A stretch of DNA of 64,000 nt from an uncultured delta proteobacterium (GTDB lineage Bacteria; Myxococcota_A; Polyangia; Polyangiales; JAFGIB01): positions 224,001 through 288,000 of the forward strand of contig CAVZVA010000002.1 of NCBI GenBank assembly GCA_963778655.1, read 5' to 3'. Position numbers and translations under genes: made by a program. This document shows, piece by piece, positions 1 to 10,600 of this stretch. Each line of letters begins with the position of its first letter. Within the stretch, counting starts at the first letter, position 1. The notes beneath the pieces were generated by a model. That model was not told the origin of the DNA and made no database searches. It saw nothing but the letters and a program-made list of their open reading frames with translations.

Positions 1-2
1 TC

Positions 3-1544
3 GACTACCTCGGTGTCCAGGCCACGATGCGCCGCGACGCCCGCGGCCGCTTCGTTATCGAGTGGAGCCGCCGCGGCGGCCTGGAACGCTGGCGAGCCGT
101 CGTCGTCCGCACGGTCGGCTCTCGCCGCTACCAGCAGTACCTCGCGCGCGATGGAGACGCCTACTACCGCCTCCCCATCGCCTGGAACGTCCAGGAGCAC
201 CGCTTCATGCACATGAACGGCGCGTTCCTCACGCCCGATCCCGTGCTCGATGCTCCCGGCGGATCGGTCGAACGCGCCGACTACGACCGCCACGTCACCC
301 GCTGGAACGACAACTGCATCTATTGCCACAACGTCGCGCCCAACCCCGGTCTCGATCCTGAAAGCGGCCGCTTCCGCAGCCGCGTCGCCGAGCTTGGGAT
401 CGCCTGCGAGGCCTGCCACGGCCCCGGCTCCCGCCACGCCGCGGCCAACCACGACCCGTTGCGACGCTTCGTTCTGCACCTGCGCGCGCTGCCCGATCCG
501 ACCATCGCCAACCCCGCGCGCCTGCCCGGGCCACGCAGCGACGAGGTCTGCGGACATTGTCACGGACAGCGCATTGCGCCCGACATCGCGCGCGTCCACC
601 AGCACGGCGATCGCTTCTTGCCCGGCCAGAAGCTGGCTCGCTACAGCAAGCCGCTCGCGCGCGACACCGTACAGAACGGAACCCGCGGCCTGTTCGCGCC
701 GCGCTTCTGGCGCGACGGCACCGCGCGCCTCACGGCCTACGAGTACCAGGGGCTGCTCCAGTCGGCCTGTGCGCGACGTGGCGGCCTGCGCTGCATCGGC
801 TGCCATGCCATGCACGGCGGCGACCCGCGCGGGCAGATACGCCCCGACCGACTGGGGGACGCTGCGTGCACCGGATGTCACCAGGACCTGCGCAGCGCCG
901 CGGCCAGCAGCCGCCACAGCCACCATCGACCGTCGTCGCCGGGCGCGCGCTGCATCGGCTGCCACATGCCGCGCATCGTCTACGGGCTGGTCGGCGCGCA
1001 CCACAGCCACCGCATCGACTCGCCGCACGCAGACACCCGCGAGCCACTCGAACGGCCGGACGCCTGCGCCCTGTGCCACGTGGACAAGAGTCGCGCCTGG
1101 AGCGCGGACGCGTTGAGCCGCTGGTCGGGCCGGCCCGCTGCGGGCGGAGCGCGCACGTCCACCGCGGAGGTGACCGCCCTGTTGCTGGCAGGCGACCCGA
1201 TCCAGCGCGCGATCGCCGCCGACGCGCTCGGGCGCAGCGAGGTCGACGCGACCGAGGCCGCTGTGCCGGCTCGGCTCGGGTTGCTGCTCGACACCATGCA
1301 GCACGACGGCTATCCGGCGGTACGCGCGATCGCGTGGCGCTCGCTGCGCGCGCTGCTTGGAAGGAAGGTCGGGCCTGCGCCCGCGGTGGAGGCGTTCACC
1401 GCCACCGACTCGAGCAACGCGCGCGCGCGCAGCATCGCGGCAATCCTGGCGCGGCTGCCGCCCACTGGGGTGGCGCCGCCCAGCCCGGAGCTGAGCGCCC
1501 TGCGCGCCGAACAGCCCCGGACCCGTATTTTCATCGGCGAATAG
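3..1544 (+). CDS. Multiheme c-type cytochrome with C-terminal HEAT-like helical region (5'-truncated)
   Basis: Seven CxxCH motifs (CIYCH, CEACH, CGHCH, CIGCH, CTGCH, CIGCH, CALCH). The frame is open back to the window edge (gac tac ctc ggt gtc cag gcc acg atg), so the true start is probably upstream. Confidence 0.85.
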   Translation, partial: DYLGVQATMRRDARGRFVIEWSRRGGLERWRAVVVRTVGSRRYQQYLARDGDAYYRLPIAWNVQEHRFMHMNGAFLTPDPVLDAPGGSVERADYDRHVTRWNDNCIYCHNVAPNPGLDPESGRFRSRVAELGIACEACHGPGSRHAAANHDPLRRFVLHLRALPDPTIANPARLPGPRSDEVCGHCHGQRIAPDIARVHQHGDRFLPGQKLARYSKPLARDTVQNGTRGLFAPRFWRDGTARLTAYEYQGLLQSACARRGGLRCIGCHAMHGGDPRGQIRPDRLGDAACTGCHQDLRSAAASSRHSHHRPSSPGARCIGCHMPRIVYGLVGAHHSHRIDSPHADTREPLERPDACALCHVDKSRAWSADALSRWSGRPAAGGARTSTAEVTALLLAGDPIQRAIAADALGRSEVDATEAAVPARLGLLLDTMQHDGYPAVRAIAWRSLRALLGRKVGPAPAVEAFTATDSSNARARSIAAILARLPPTGVAPPSPELSALRAEQPRTRIFIGE

Positions 1545-1680
1545 GTCCTGAAACCAGGGCGCACGGGTGAGCCGGGAGGTCGCGGGCTCAGGCCTGCCGC
1601 AAGGCCCGCGGCAGGCCCCTGGCTGCGGGCGCGCCGGGGTGCTTACCAATTTGTTCGGGGCTATACTAAGCTCCCCGTCC

Positions 1681-1863
1681 ATGCCGGAGTCGATCGCCGT
1701 CGCAGCACAGAGCGTCGCCCAGGAGCGGCGAGTCCGCATCGCCAAGACCGTCGTCCTGACGCTGGCGTGCTTCGTCGGGCTGTCGCTGCTGACCGCCCTG
1801 GTCTTCGGTGCCTACAACACCGTGACCGACCGCCCGGCCAAAGAGATCTTCTACAGTCGCTAA
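1681..1863 (+). CDS. Small single-pass membrane protein (60 aa)
   Basis: ATG 1681 preceded by a TATACT -10-like hexamer (1663-1668); basic stretch then hydrophobic helix VVLTLACFVGLSLLTALVFGAY; GC3-rich codons. Confidence 0.6.
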   Translation: MPESIAVAAQSVAQERRVRIAKTVVLTLACFVGLSLLTALVFGAYNTVTDRPAKEIFYSR

Positions 1864-2081
1864 ATCGGGTACGGGCGTGGAGCAGCGCAGGTCCGGCGCG
1901 CCATCATCTGTCCCCTTGCGGTGACCGTTGGGGCGAACGAGGTCGTGATGCTAGGATTGCCCCGGCTTGGTCGAGGCTGCTACGGGTTGACTTCAGGATC
2001 GTGCTCGGCGATGTCGTTGGGACACGCGCAGCAGCGATCGGCGATCGAAGGCTCGCTGTTGGCGGAAGTGGTGGGCGAGGC

Positions 2082-3101
2082 GTGCGCAAGTATCTCGGCT
2101 TTTCCGACCCCGTTCTTCCTACCAGTTACGGGCTGGCGCTGGCCAAGCTGCTCACGGAGCGCGGCGTGCCGGAAAGCCAGGCGCTCGAAGGCACCGAGAT
2201 CACCTCGGCGATGCTGCGCAGCCCCAAGGCGCGGCTTTCGTTCGAGCAGATGCTGCACCTGATCCAGGGCGCGCTCGAACGCAGCGGCGACGAGGGTCTG
2301 GGGCTCGAGCTGGGACGGCGCATCACCGTCTCTGGCATGGGCGTGGTGGGCTTCGCCGCGATGAGCCAGCAGGATCTGCGCTCGGCGATCGCGATCGCCG
2401 AGCGCTATCAGCGCGTGCTGGTGCCATACGTCACGATGCGCGCGCACGACGAAGGCGGCACCACCGTCCTGCACATCGACCCCGAGTTTCCGCTCGGGCC
2501 GTACAAGCCGTTCGTGATGGAAGCGATGCTTTCGTGCATTGCAAACGTGGGCCGCTTCTTGATCGGCGCGCCCCTGACCGGCACCACCGTTCACCTCGAC
2601 TACCCCGACCCCGGCTACGGCCAGCGCTACCGCGACGTGATCGGCTACCCGGTGGAATTCGAGAGCCCGCGGGTCGAGCTCCGGGTCCCGACCGCCGTGC
2701 TGGCGATGCCGCTGGTGCACGCGTGCGAGCCGACCGCGCGCATGGCCGAAGAGCTGTGCGAGCGAGAGCTGGCGCCGCTGCTCGGCCTGGACGGCGTCGT
2801 GCACAAGGTGCGGAGCATGCTGCAAGCCGAGGGCGAGCTGTTTCCGACCGTGCGCGACCTCGCCAAGGCCCTGCACACCAGTGAGCGCTCGCTGCGCCGC
2901 GCGCTGAGCGCGCACGGCACCAGCTACCAGGAGCTGCGCGACGAGGTGCGCATGCGGATGGCGCTGCACTACTTGACCTCGACCGCGACGCCGGTCGAGG
3001 AGGTGGCGCGCACGGTGGGCTTCACCAGCAGCCGCAGCTTCCGCCGCGCCTTGAGGCGCTGGACGGGCAAGTCGCCCAGCGACGTCCGCGCGGAAGGCTA
3101 G
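2082..3101 (+). CDS. AraC-family transcriptional regulator (N-terminal ligand-binding domain + C-terminal double HTH)
   Basis: C-terminal LAKALHTSERSLRRAL...VARTVGFTSSRSFRRALRRWTGKSP AraC signature. Start at GTG 2082 is inferred. Confidence 0.9.
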   Translation: MRKYLGFSDPVLPTSYGLALAKLLTERGVPESQALEGTEITSAMLRSPKARLSFEQMLHLIQGALERSGDEGLGLELGRRITVSGMGVVGFAAMSQQDLRSAIAIAERYQRVLVPYVTMRAHDEGGTTVLHIDPEFPLGPYKPFVMEAMLSCIANVGRFLIGAPLTGTTVHLDYPDPGYGQRYRDVIGYPVEFESPRVELRVPTAVLAMPLVHACEPTARMAEELCERELAPLLGLDGVVHKVRSMLQAEGELFPTVRDLAKALHTSERSLRRALSAHGTSYQELRDEVRMRMALHYLTSTATPVEEVARTVGFTSSRSFRRALRRWTGKSPSDVRAEG

Positions 3102-3201
3102 CGAGGCTGCGCCTCAGGAGATCATCCGGCCTCAAGCACACTGGCGAGGCTGGGCCTCGGACCCACGAGAGATGGCTCGCCCGTCTCGCCTTCGATGGCT
3201 T

Positions 3202-3225
3202 CTTCCCGTCTTCCCGGCTTCCTGT
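3202..3225. repeat. Dispersed octamer repeat, copy 1 (CTTCCCGT CTTCCCGG CTTCCTGT)
   Basis: Three tandem near-identical octamers in the intergenic region; related copies at 11031-11106, 28023-28046 and 45754-45800. Confidence 0.6.
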
Positions 3226-3290
3226 CGTCCTGACAGCGGTGCCGTTCGGGCTTTGACAAGCTGGCGGTCGGCTCCCACCATTGCCGCGTC

Positions 3291-4787
3291 ATGTCGCGCA
3301 TCGAAGCGCTTTCGGAGCTGCCTCGCGGCACGCGGCTGCTGCTCGGGGGCGACCGCCTGATCGCGGTGCCCGACGAGATCTGCCAGCGCTTCCAGCCCGG
3401 CGACGCCGTGGTGGTGGTGGAAGCCACGAGCGAAGTGCTGCTGATCCCGGCCGCGGAACGCCGCCTGGCGAGCGAGGCCGTGGAGCGCGCGCACGCCGCC
3501 TTCGCAGCGATGAGCTCGGCGAGCGACGCCGATGTCTCGCGCTTCTTCGAAGGCTTCGCAGCCAGGCTGGAATCGGACGCGGCGTGGGCCGCAGTCCTCG
3601 AAGCCAATCGCGAAGACCTCGCGGATGCGCGGCGCCGGGGCCGCTCGACCACGCGCCTGGAGGCGACCGCCACCATGCGCCGCGACATGGCTGCCGGGCT
3701 GCGCGGCTGGATCGGCGCCCCGAGCCGGCGCGGCCAGCTGCTCGAGCGCGTCGATCACGACGGCTGGGCGGTCGAGCTGCTGGGCGCGGCGCTGGGCGTG
3801 GTCGCGTTCGTGTTCGAGGGCCGGCCCAACGTGCTGGCGGACGCGACCGGCGTGCTGCGCGGAGGCAACACGGTGGTGCTGCGCATCGGGCGCGACGCGC
3901 TGCGCACGGCCGCAGCGATCATGCACGCGGCGCTGACTCCCGCCCTGCTCGAGGCCGGGCTGCCGCGGGACGCGGTGCGCTTGCTGGAGAGCCCCGAGCA
4001 CGCCGCAGGCCATGCGCTGTTCTGCGACCGGCGACTGTCGCTGGCGGTCGCACGCGGTTCTGGACCCGCGGTGGCGACGCTCGGGGCGCTGGCGCAACAG
4101 GCGGGGGTGCCGGTGAGCCTGCACGGAACCGGCGGTGCTTGGATCGTCGCTTCGGCCAGCACGCAGCCACAGACGCTCGAGGACGCGGTGTTGGCGTCGC
4201 TCGACCGCAAGGTGTGCAACACGCTCAACACCCTGTGCCTGCCGCGGGCGCGCGCCGCCGAGCTGCTGCCCGCGGCGCTGCGCGGTCTGCAGCGCGCCGG
4301 CGAGCGCCTCGGTGAGAGCTTCAAGCTGCACGTGGTGGAAGAGCACGCGGGCGCGCTGCCCGCGGAGCTGTTCGCGCGCGAGATCGCCGTACGCCGTCCC
4401 CAGGGCGCGGTGATGGAGCGCCAGGCAGAGCGGCTGGCCGAAAGCGAGCTGGGGCGCGAGTGGGAGTGGGAGCAGACGCCGGAGATCAGCCTGACGCTGG
4501 TCGAGGACGTGGCACATGCGGTGGCGCTGTTCAACCGCTACAGCCCGCAGTTCATCGCCAGCTTGCTCAGCCAGGATCCGGCCGAGCATGAACGCTTCTA
4601 CGCCGCGATCAACGCCGCCTTCGTCGGCGACGGTCCCACGCGCTGGGTCGACGGACAGAAGGCACTGCGACGCCCCGAGCTCGGGCTGTCCAACTGGCAG
4701 TGGGGCCGGCTGTTCGGGCGCGGCGGCATCCTCAGCGGCGACAGCGTCTACACCGTGCGCACGCGTGCGAGGCGCAGCGCGCGCTGA
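3291..4787 (+). CDS. proA: Gamma-glutamyl phosphate reductase-like protein (ALDH superfamily) with N-terminal extension
   Basis: LGVVAFVFEGRPNV, VARGS, catalytic KVCNTLN, ELGREW and TRWVDG..ELGLS motifs resemble ProA. Confidence 0.75.
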   Translation: MSRIEALSELPRGTRLLLGGDRLIAVPDEICQRFQPGDAVVVVEATSEVLLIPAAERRLASEAVERAHAAFAAMSSASDADVSRFFEGFAARLESDAAWAAVLEANREDLADARRRGRSTTRLEATATMRRDMAAGLRGWIGAPSRRGQLLERVDHDGWAVELLGAALGVVAFVFEGRPNVLADATGVLRGGNTVVLRIGRDALRTAAAIMHAALTPALLEAGLPRDAVRLLESPEHAAGHALFCDRRLSLAVARGSGPAVATLGALAQQAGVPVSLHGTGGAWIVASASTQPQTLEDAVLASLDRKVCNTLNTLCLPRARAAELLPAALRGLQRAGERLGESFKLHVVEEHAGALPAELFAREIAVRRPQGAVMERQAERLAESELGREWEWEQTPEISLTLVEDVAHAVALFNRYSPQFIASLLSQDPAEHERFYAAINAAFVGDGPTRWVDGQKALRRPELGLSNWQWGRLFGRGGILSGDSVYTVRTRARRSAR

Positions 4788-4932
4788 GGCGCAGCGAGTG
4801 CGCCTTTGTGCGTGCGGAGGGCGCCGGCCTTTCACTCGTGAAAGGCGGCGTTCATTTCTGCGGCGGCGACGCGGCGGCGCCGCACGAAACCATTCGTCTA
4901 TGTGACGCGCGCCTGGCAATGGTTTCGGGCAT

Positions 4933-5469
4933 GTGACTTGCAGCTGCAATAGTTGGATGCCGCGCGATCGCCGAGACCACCTGCGCGTACCGCGAGGTGT
5001 TTTGGGTACCTTGCCGCCCACTGTGTGGGACCGCGGCGCTTCGACGCCAGGCGCAGCCAAATCCTTGCGCGTACCGAGGTCGCGCACCGCCAGCGGCGTC
5101 GCGCGCGTGCTGCTGGTCGAGCCCTCACCGGTCTTGCGTGCGATCTTCACGCGGGCGTTTGCGGCGCGCGGCCACACCGTGACCGCGACTGGAACCCTGA
5201 GCGACACCTATCGTCTGCTCGATCACTTCGACCCGCACATCGTCGTGGCGGAGCTGATCTTGTCGGACGGCCGAGGCGACATCGCGTGCAAGCGCATCAA
5301 GACCAGAGCGGACAAGCTGCGGCCGGTCGTGCTGGTCTCGGCCGGGCCCGAGGTCGAGCTGGCCCACAGCGCCGCGGACGCCGGCGCAGACCGTTTCCAC
5401 AACAAGAGCCGCGGCCTCGAGGAGCTGGTGGAGCTGGTCGAGGAGCTGGTGGCCGAGATCGTGTTCTGA
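4933..5469 (+). CDS. Single-domain response regulator receiver, atypical (true start probably nearer 5107)
   Basis: RVLLVEPS...PHIVVAELILSDG...PVVLVSA...AGADRFHNKS receiver fold; the phosphoacceptor position is Glu. Confidence 0.7.
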   Translation: MTCSCNSWMPRDRRDHLRVPRGVLGTLPPTVWDRGASTPGAAKSLRVPRSRTASGVARVLLVEPSPVLRAIFTRAFAARGHTVTATGTLSDTYRLLDHFDPHIVVAELILSDGRGDIACKRIKTRADKLRPVVLVSAGPEVELAHSAADAGADRFHNKSRGLEELVELVEELVAEIVF

Positions 5470-5545
5470 GCCGGGTTTCGCGCTCCTTCTGCGGCCCTCG
5501 CTTGTTCCGCGCTTGTCGGACCCGTCCCGCGCTCCTGTTGATGCT

Positions 5546-6331
5546 TCAGCCGATGCGCTGCCAGTAGTCGTCGAGCCGGCCCTGCATCACCGCGCGCACG
5601 CGTTCGATCAGCGCGGGCACGTCGCGCCGCGTGAGATCCGCGGTCTCGATCGGGGCGTCGCAGTAGACGGTGACCTCGTGGCCCGGGCGGATCAAGGACG
5701 AGCCCTTGCGCATCACGCGGTACATGCCGGTCACGGTGACGGGCACGATCGGCGCGCCGAGCTGTTGGGTCACGCGGAATAGCCCAGGCTGCAGCTCGCC
5801 GAGGTGGCCGGTCAGCGTGCGCGTGCCTTCTGGAAAGACCAACAGCGAGCTGCCGCGCGCGAGCTCCTCGCGCATGCGCCGCACCAGCACGCGCAGCTGA
5901 CCCGGGTCTCCGCGACGCACCGCGATCGTGCCGCGCCGGCGCATGTACTGGCCGTACACCGGATAGCGAAAGTGCTCCTCCAGCTCCACACCCTGTTTGA
6001 AGTGCGGCGTGGCGCAGTACAGCGTGCAGTGGTCGAGGTGATTGACGTGGTTCTGGAAGAAGACGTAGGGCCGTGTCGGATCGATCGCCGGGTCGACCAC
6101 CGCGCGCCAGCGCGAGCCGGTGAGCGCGACCTGCCCGCGCGTGTACAGGCGCTCCAGCCATTGAATGCGCCGCGGGTCGACCACGCGATAGAGGGCTATC
6201 TGCACGCCCATCATCGGCAGCAGCCAGGCCAGTCCCGCGCCCCATAGCGCGGCGGAGATCGCATAATCGAGCGGCCCGTCGTCAGCGAGCGGTACGCGTG
6301 CGGGCGTGAGTCTGGCGTCGTCTTCGGGCAT
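5546..6331 (-). CDS. Lysophospholipid acyltransferase (PlsC family)
   Basis: NHVNHLD (HxxxxD) and FPEGTR motifs, PIVPV; ATG 6331 chosen as start. Confidence 0.88.
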   Translation of the reverse strand: MPEDDARLTPARVPLADDGPLDYAISAALWGAGLAWLLPMMGVQIALYRVVDPRRIQWLERLYTRGQVALTGSRWRAVVDPAIDPTRPYVFFQNHVNHLDHCTLYCATPHFKQGVELEEHFRYPVYGQYMRRRGTIAVRRGDPGQLRVLVRRMREELARGSSLLVFPEGTRTLTGHLGELQPGLFRVTQQLGAPIVPVTVTGMYRVMRKGSSLIRPGHEVTVYCDAPIETADLTRRDVPALIERVRAVMQGRLDDYWQRIG

Positions 6332-6631
6332 CGCGCAGGCGGCGCGAGCAGAGCAGGCCCGCGGCGCACGCATTCTACGCGCTGGTCCTGCGCCCGGGTG
6401 ATCTTGATCGTCCTCGCGCCCGATCTGGTGCCGCCGGCGACCTCGCTTTCCTCGAAAGGGGGCTACCCTTCCTTCGTCAACCGACGCCCCGCTCAGCGCC
6501 ACCTCGGACGCGATCATCGACCAACATCACCCGGGCGGAGCACCAGCGGCCCGAAATCGCGGGATCTGGCTTGACAAAAAGGGCCTCGAGGCCTTCACGA
6601 ACGCCTCGACCTGCTATAGTTCGGGCCCGTC

Positions 6632-7528
6632 GTGCACACCTTCCTCTTGATCCCCTGGTTCCAGCTCCATCCCTGGGCGATTCCGTTCCCGGTGATCGGG
6701 ACGCTCAAGCTGCAGCCCTTCGGCCTGCTGGTGGCGATCGGCATCCTGCTGGGAAGCCGCATGGCCGAGTGGCGCGCCGAGAAGACCGGCATTCCCCGCC
6801 AGATCATCGCGGACTTCCTGGTCTACACCATCGTGATCGGGCTGGTCTCCTGCTACTTTCTCAACGCGGCCTTCTACAAGCCCTCGGACCTGCTCGACAT
6901 CGCGCGCGACCCGACTCAGCTGTTCAAGAAGTACCTGGGGCTGTCATCGTACGGCGGCTTCATCGGCGGGGTCGCGGCGGCGGCCTGGTTCCGGCACAAG
7001 AAGCAGATGTCGATCATCGTGCTGGGCGACATCTTCTGTTTCGCCTTCCCATTCGCCTGGTTCTTCGGCCGCAGCGGCTGCTTCGTGGTGCATGATCATC
7101 CGGGCCTGGTCAGCCACTTCTTTCTCGCCGTCGACAACTACAACGGCGAGGGCGTGCCGCGGCACGATCTCGGGCTGTACGAGGTGCTGTGGAGCGCCGC
7201 GGCCGCCGGGCTGTTCCTGTGGCTCGCGCGCAAACCGCGCCGCCGCGGGTTCTTCCTGGTGCTGTTGCCGCTGTTGTACGCGCCGGTGCGCTTCATGCTC
7301 GACTACCTGCGGGAGACGCCGGAGAACGGCGGCGACGTGCGCTACTACGGCTTCACGCCGGGGCAGTACGCCTCGGTGCTATTTCTGGTGCTCGGCATCG
7401 TGATGGCGGTGCGTATCGCGCGCGGGCCCGAGCCGACCCTGATGCTCGACGGCGGGCCGATTCCGACCCCCCCGCCCGAGCCCGACAAGGGCAAGGCCAA
7501 GGCCAAGGGCAGGCAGCGCGCCAAGTAG
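6632..7528 (+). CDS. lgt: Prolipoprotein diacylglyceryl transferase
   Basis: Multi-TM protein with GLSSYGGFIG, GRSGCF, RHDLGLYE, RFMLDYLR and TPGQ motifs; extended -10 TGCTATAGT at 6612-6620. Confidence 0.88.
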   Translation: MHTFLLIPWFQLHPWAIPFPVIGTLKLQPFGLLVAIGILLGSRMAEWRAEKTGIPRQIIADFLVYTIVIGLVSCYFLNAAFYKPSDLLDIARDPTQLFKKYLGLSSYGGFIGGVAAAAWFRHKKQMSIIVLGDIFCFAFPFAWFFGRSGCFVVHDHPGLVSHFFLAVDNYNGEGVPRHDLGLYEVLWSAAAAGLFLWLARKPRRRGFFLVLLPLLYAPVRFMLDYLRETPENGGDVRYYGFTPGQYASVLFLVLGIVMAVRIARGPEPTLMLDGGPIPTPPPEPDKGKAKAKGRQRAK

Positions 7529-7609
7529 CCGGGATCGCGCGGCTCCGCGCGGTGGAGCAGGGCCGCCCCGCGAAGGTGAGCGCGCCCCCGGTGTGCTACC
7601 CTCAACAGC

Positions 7610-10600
7610 GTGCGCGTAGTCACGGCGACATCGCTGTTCGACGGCCACGATGCGGCGATCAACATCGTGCGCCGCCTGCTGCAGAGTCAGGGGGCCGAGG
7701 TGATCCACCTCGGCCACGACCGCTCGGTCGACGAGATCGTCACCGCCGCGATCCAGGAGGACGCCGACGCGATCGCCGTATCTTCGTATCAGGGCGGCCA
7801 CAACGAGTTCTTCCGCTTCATGCTGGACGAGCTGCGCGCGCGCGGCGCCGGCCATGTGCGCGTCTACGGCGGCGGCGGCGGCACCATCCTCGAGCACGAG
7901 GCGCGCGCGCTGGAAGCCTACGGGGTGGCGCGCATCTTCGGCCCCGAGGAGGGCCGCGCGCTCGGGCTGCAGGGCATGGTGGCCGCCATGCTGCAGCCGC
8001 AGGGGCGGCCCGAGCCACCTGCGCCGGCCGCCGAGGGCGTGCTGCTTTCGCCGCGCGAGCCGCTGGCGATCGCGCGCAGTATCAGCTGGCTCGAGCGCTT
8101 TGGCCCCGAGGGCGGGCCTGGCGTCGAGGCGCTGCGCGCGGCGCTGCGCGCGCACAGGACGCGCCCCGCGCCGGTGCTGGGCTTCACCGGCACCGGGGGC
8201 GCGGGCAAGTCCAGCGTGGTCGACGAGCTGGTGCGGCGCCTGCGCCGGGATGCGCCGGAGGCGACGCTGGGGCTGCTGTTGGTCGACCCGAGCCGGCGGC
8301 GCAGCGGCGGTGCGCTGCTCGGCGACCGCATCCGTTTCAACGCGATCCACGCGCCCAACGTCTACGTGCGCTCGCTCGCCACCCGTCGCGCGCACCTGTC
8401 GCTGTCGGCGGCAGTGGCGGACGCGGTGCTAGTGCTGCAAGCCGCGGGCTTCGACTTGGTCCTGGTGGAGACCGCGGGCATCGGACAGAGCGATTCCGAG
8501 ATCATCGATCTGGCGGACGTCTCGGTGTATGTGATGACGCCCGAGTTCGGCGCACCGTCGCAGCTCGAGAAGATCGACATGCTCGAGCTCGGTGATGTGG
8601 TGGTGCTGAACAAGCACGATCGCCGCGGCGCGGCCGACGCGCTGCGCGACGTGCGCAAGCAGTGGAGGCGCAACCACGTCGCGTTCGACCTCGCGGACGA
8701 GCAGATCCCGGTGTTCCCAACCATCGCCAGCCAGTGGGACGACCCGGGCCTCGAGCGGCTCTACCAGCACCTGCGCCAGCGCGCGATCGAGGCCGGCGCG
8801 GCGGTGCTGGACGTGCCTGCGCCTTCCGCGGCGCTCGAGGTGGCGGTCCAGCACGGCGCAGTGGTGCCGCCCGAGCGCGAGCGCTATCTGGCCGAGATCG
8901 CGAGCGCGGTGCGCGCCTACCGCGCGGCCACCGAGGCCCAGGCCGAGATCGCCGCGGACGCCGAGGCCTTCGCCCGCGCGCTGCACGCCTTCGGCGGGCC
9001 GCCGCTGGCGATCGCGGAAGCACTGCCGCAGGAGAGAGCGGCAGCGCACGCGAGCGAGCCGGGGCGCGCGCTGCGCGCGCGCTATCAGGCGGCGCTCGAG
9101 GAGCTCGCGCCCGAGCTGCGCGCGGCGTTGCGCGCCTGGCCCGAGACCTGCGCGCGCTATCAGGCCGAGAGCCAGCACTACCAGGTGCGCGGGCGCGAGC
9201 TGAGCGTGGAGAACCAGGTCGAGACCCTGGCGCACACCAAGCTGCCGCGGGTGGCGCTACCGGCCAGCCGCAGCTGGGGTGAGCTGGCGCGCTATCTGCG
9301 CGCCGAGGGTCTGCCCGGATCGTTTCCCTTTACCGCAGGCGTGTTCCCGTTCAAGCGCAAGAACGAGGACCCGGGACGCATGTTCGCGGGCGAGGGCGGC
9401 CCCGAGCGCACCAACCGCCGCTTTCACCTGCTGGCCGCGGGGCAGCCCGCGGTGCGGCTGTCCACCGCCTTCGACAGCGTCACGCTCTACGGGCGCGATC
9501 CGGCCGAGCGCCCGGACGTCTACGGCAAGGTCGGTAACTCCGGGGTGTCGGTGTGCACGCTGGACGACGCCAAGAAGCTCTACTCGGGCTTCGACCTGTG
9601 CGACCCGCGCACCTCGGTGTCGATGACGATCAACGGTCCGGCTCCGACCGTGCTGGCGTTCTTTCTCAACGCCGCGATCGATCAACAGGTCGAAAAGCAC
9701 TTGCGGCAGAGCGGGCGGCTCGAGCAGGTGCGCGCGCGCTTCGCTGGCCGCGGGCTGCCGGAGTATCGCGGGCCACTGCCGCAGGGGCACGACGGCCTCG
9801 GCCTTGGCTTGCTGGGGATCGCGGGCGACGAGGCGGTGGACGCCGAGACCTATGCGCGGATCGCTGCAGAGGTCCTGCGCACGGTGCGCGGCACGGTGCA
9901 GGCCGACATCCTCAAGGAAGACCAGGCCCAGAACACGTGCATCTTCTCGACCGGCTTCGCTCTGCGCTTGATGGGCGATATCCAGAGCTACTTCGTCGAG
10001 CACGCCGTGGGCAATTTCTATTCGGTCTCCATCTCTGGCTATCACATCGCCGAAGCGGGAGCGAATCCGATCACCCAGCTCGCGTTCACGCTGGCCAACG
10101 GCTTCACCTACGTCGAGCACTACCTGGCGCGTGGCATGAAGATCGACGACTTCGCGCCGAGCTTTTCCTTCTTCTTCAGCAACGGGCTCGACGCCGAGTA
10201 CAACGTGATCGGGCGGGTAGCGCGTCGCATCTGGGCGATCGCGCTGCGCGAGCGTTACGGCGGCGCCGAACGCAGCCAGAAGCTCAAGTACCACGTGCAG
10301 ACCTCGGGACGCTCGCTGCATGCGCAGGAGATGGCATTCAACGACATTCGCACCACGCTACAGGCGCTTTCCGGCCTGTTCGACAACTGCAACAGCCTGC
10401 ACACCAACGCCTACGACGAGGCGGTGACCACGCCGACCGAGGAGTCAGTGCGGCGCGCGGTCGCGATCCAGCTGATCATCCAGCGCGAGCTGGGGCTGGC
10501 GCAGAACGAGAACCCGATCCAGGGCTCATACGTGATCGAAAGGCTGACCGACCTGGTCGAGGAAGCCGTGCTGCAAGAGCTGGAGCGGCTTTCGGAACGC

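Noticed and set aside
6571..6620. TTGACA...TATAGT as a sigma70 -35/-10 pair for lgt
   Set aside because: The spacer is 38 nt; only the extended -10 is credible.
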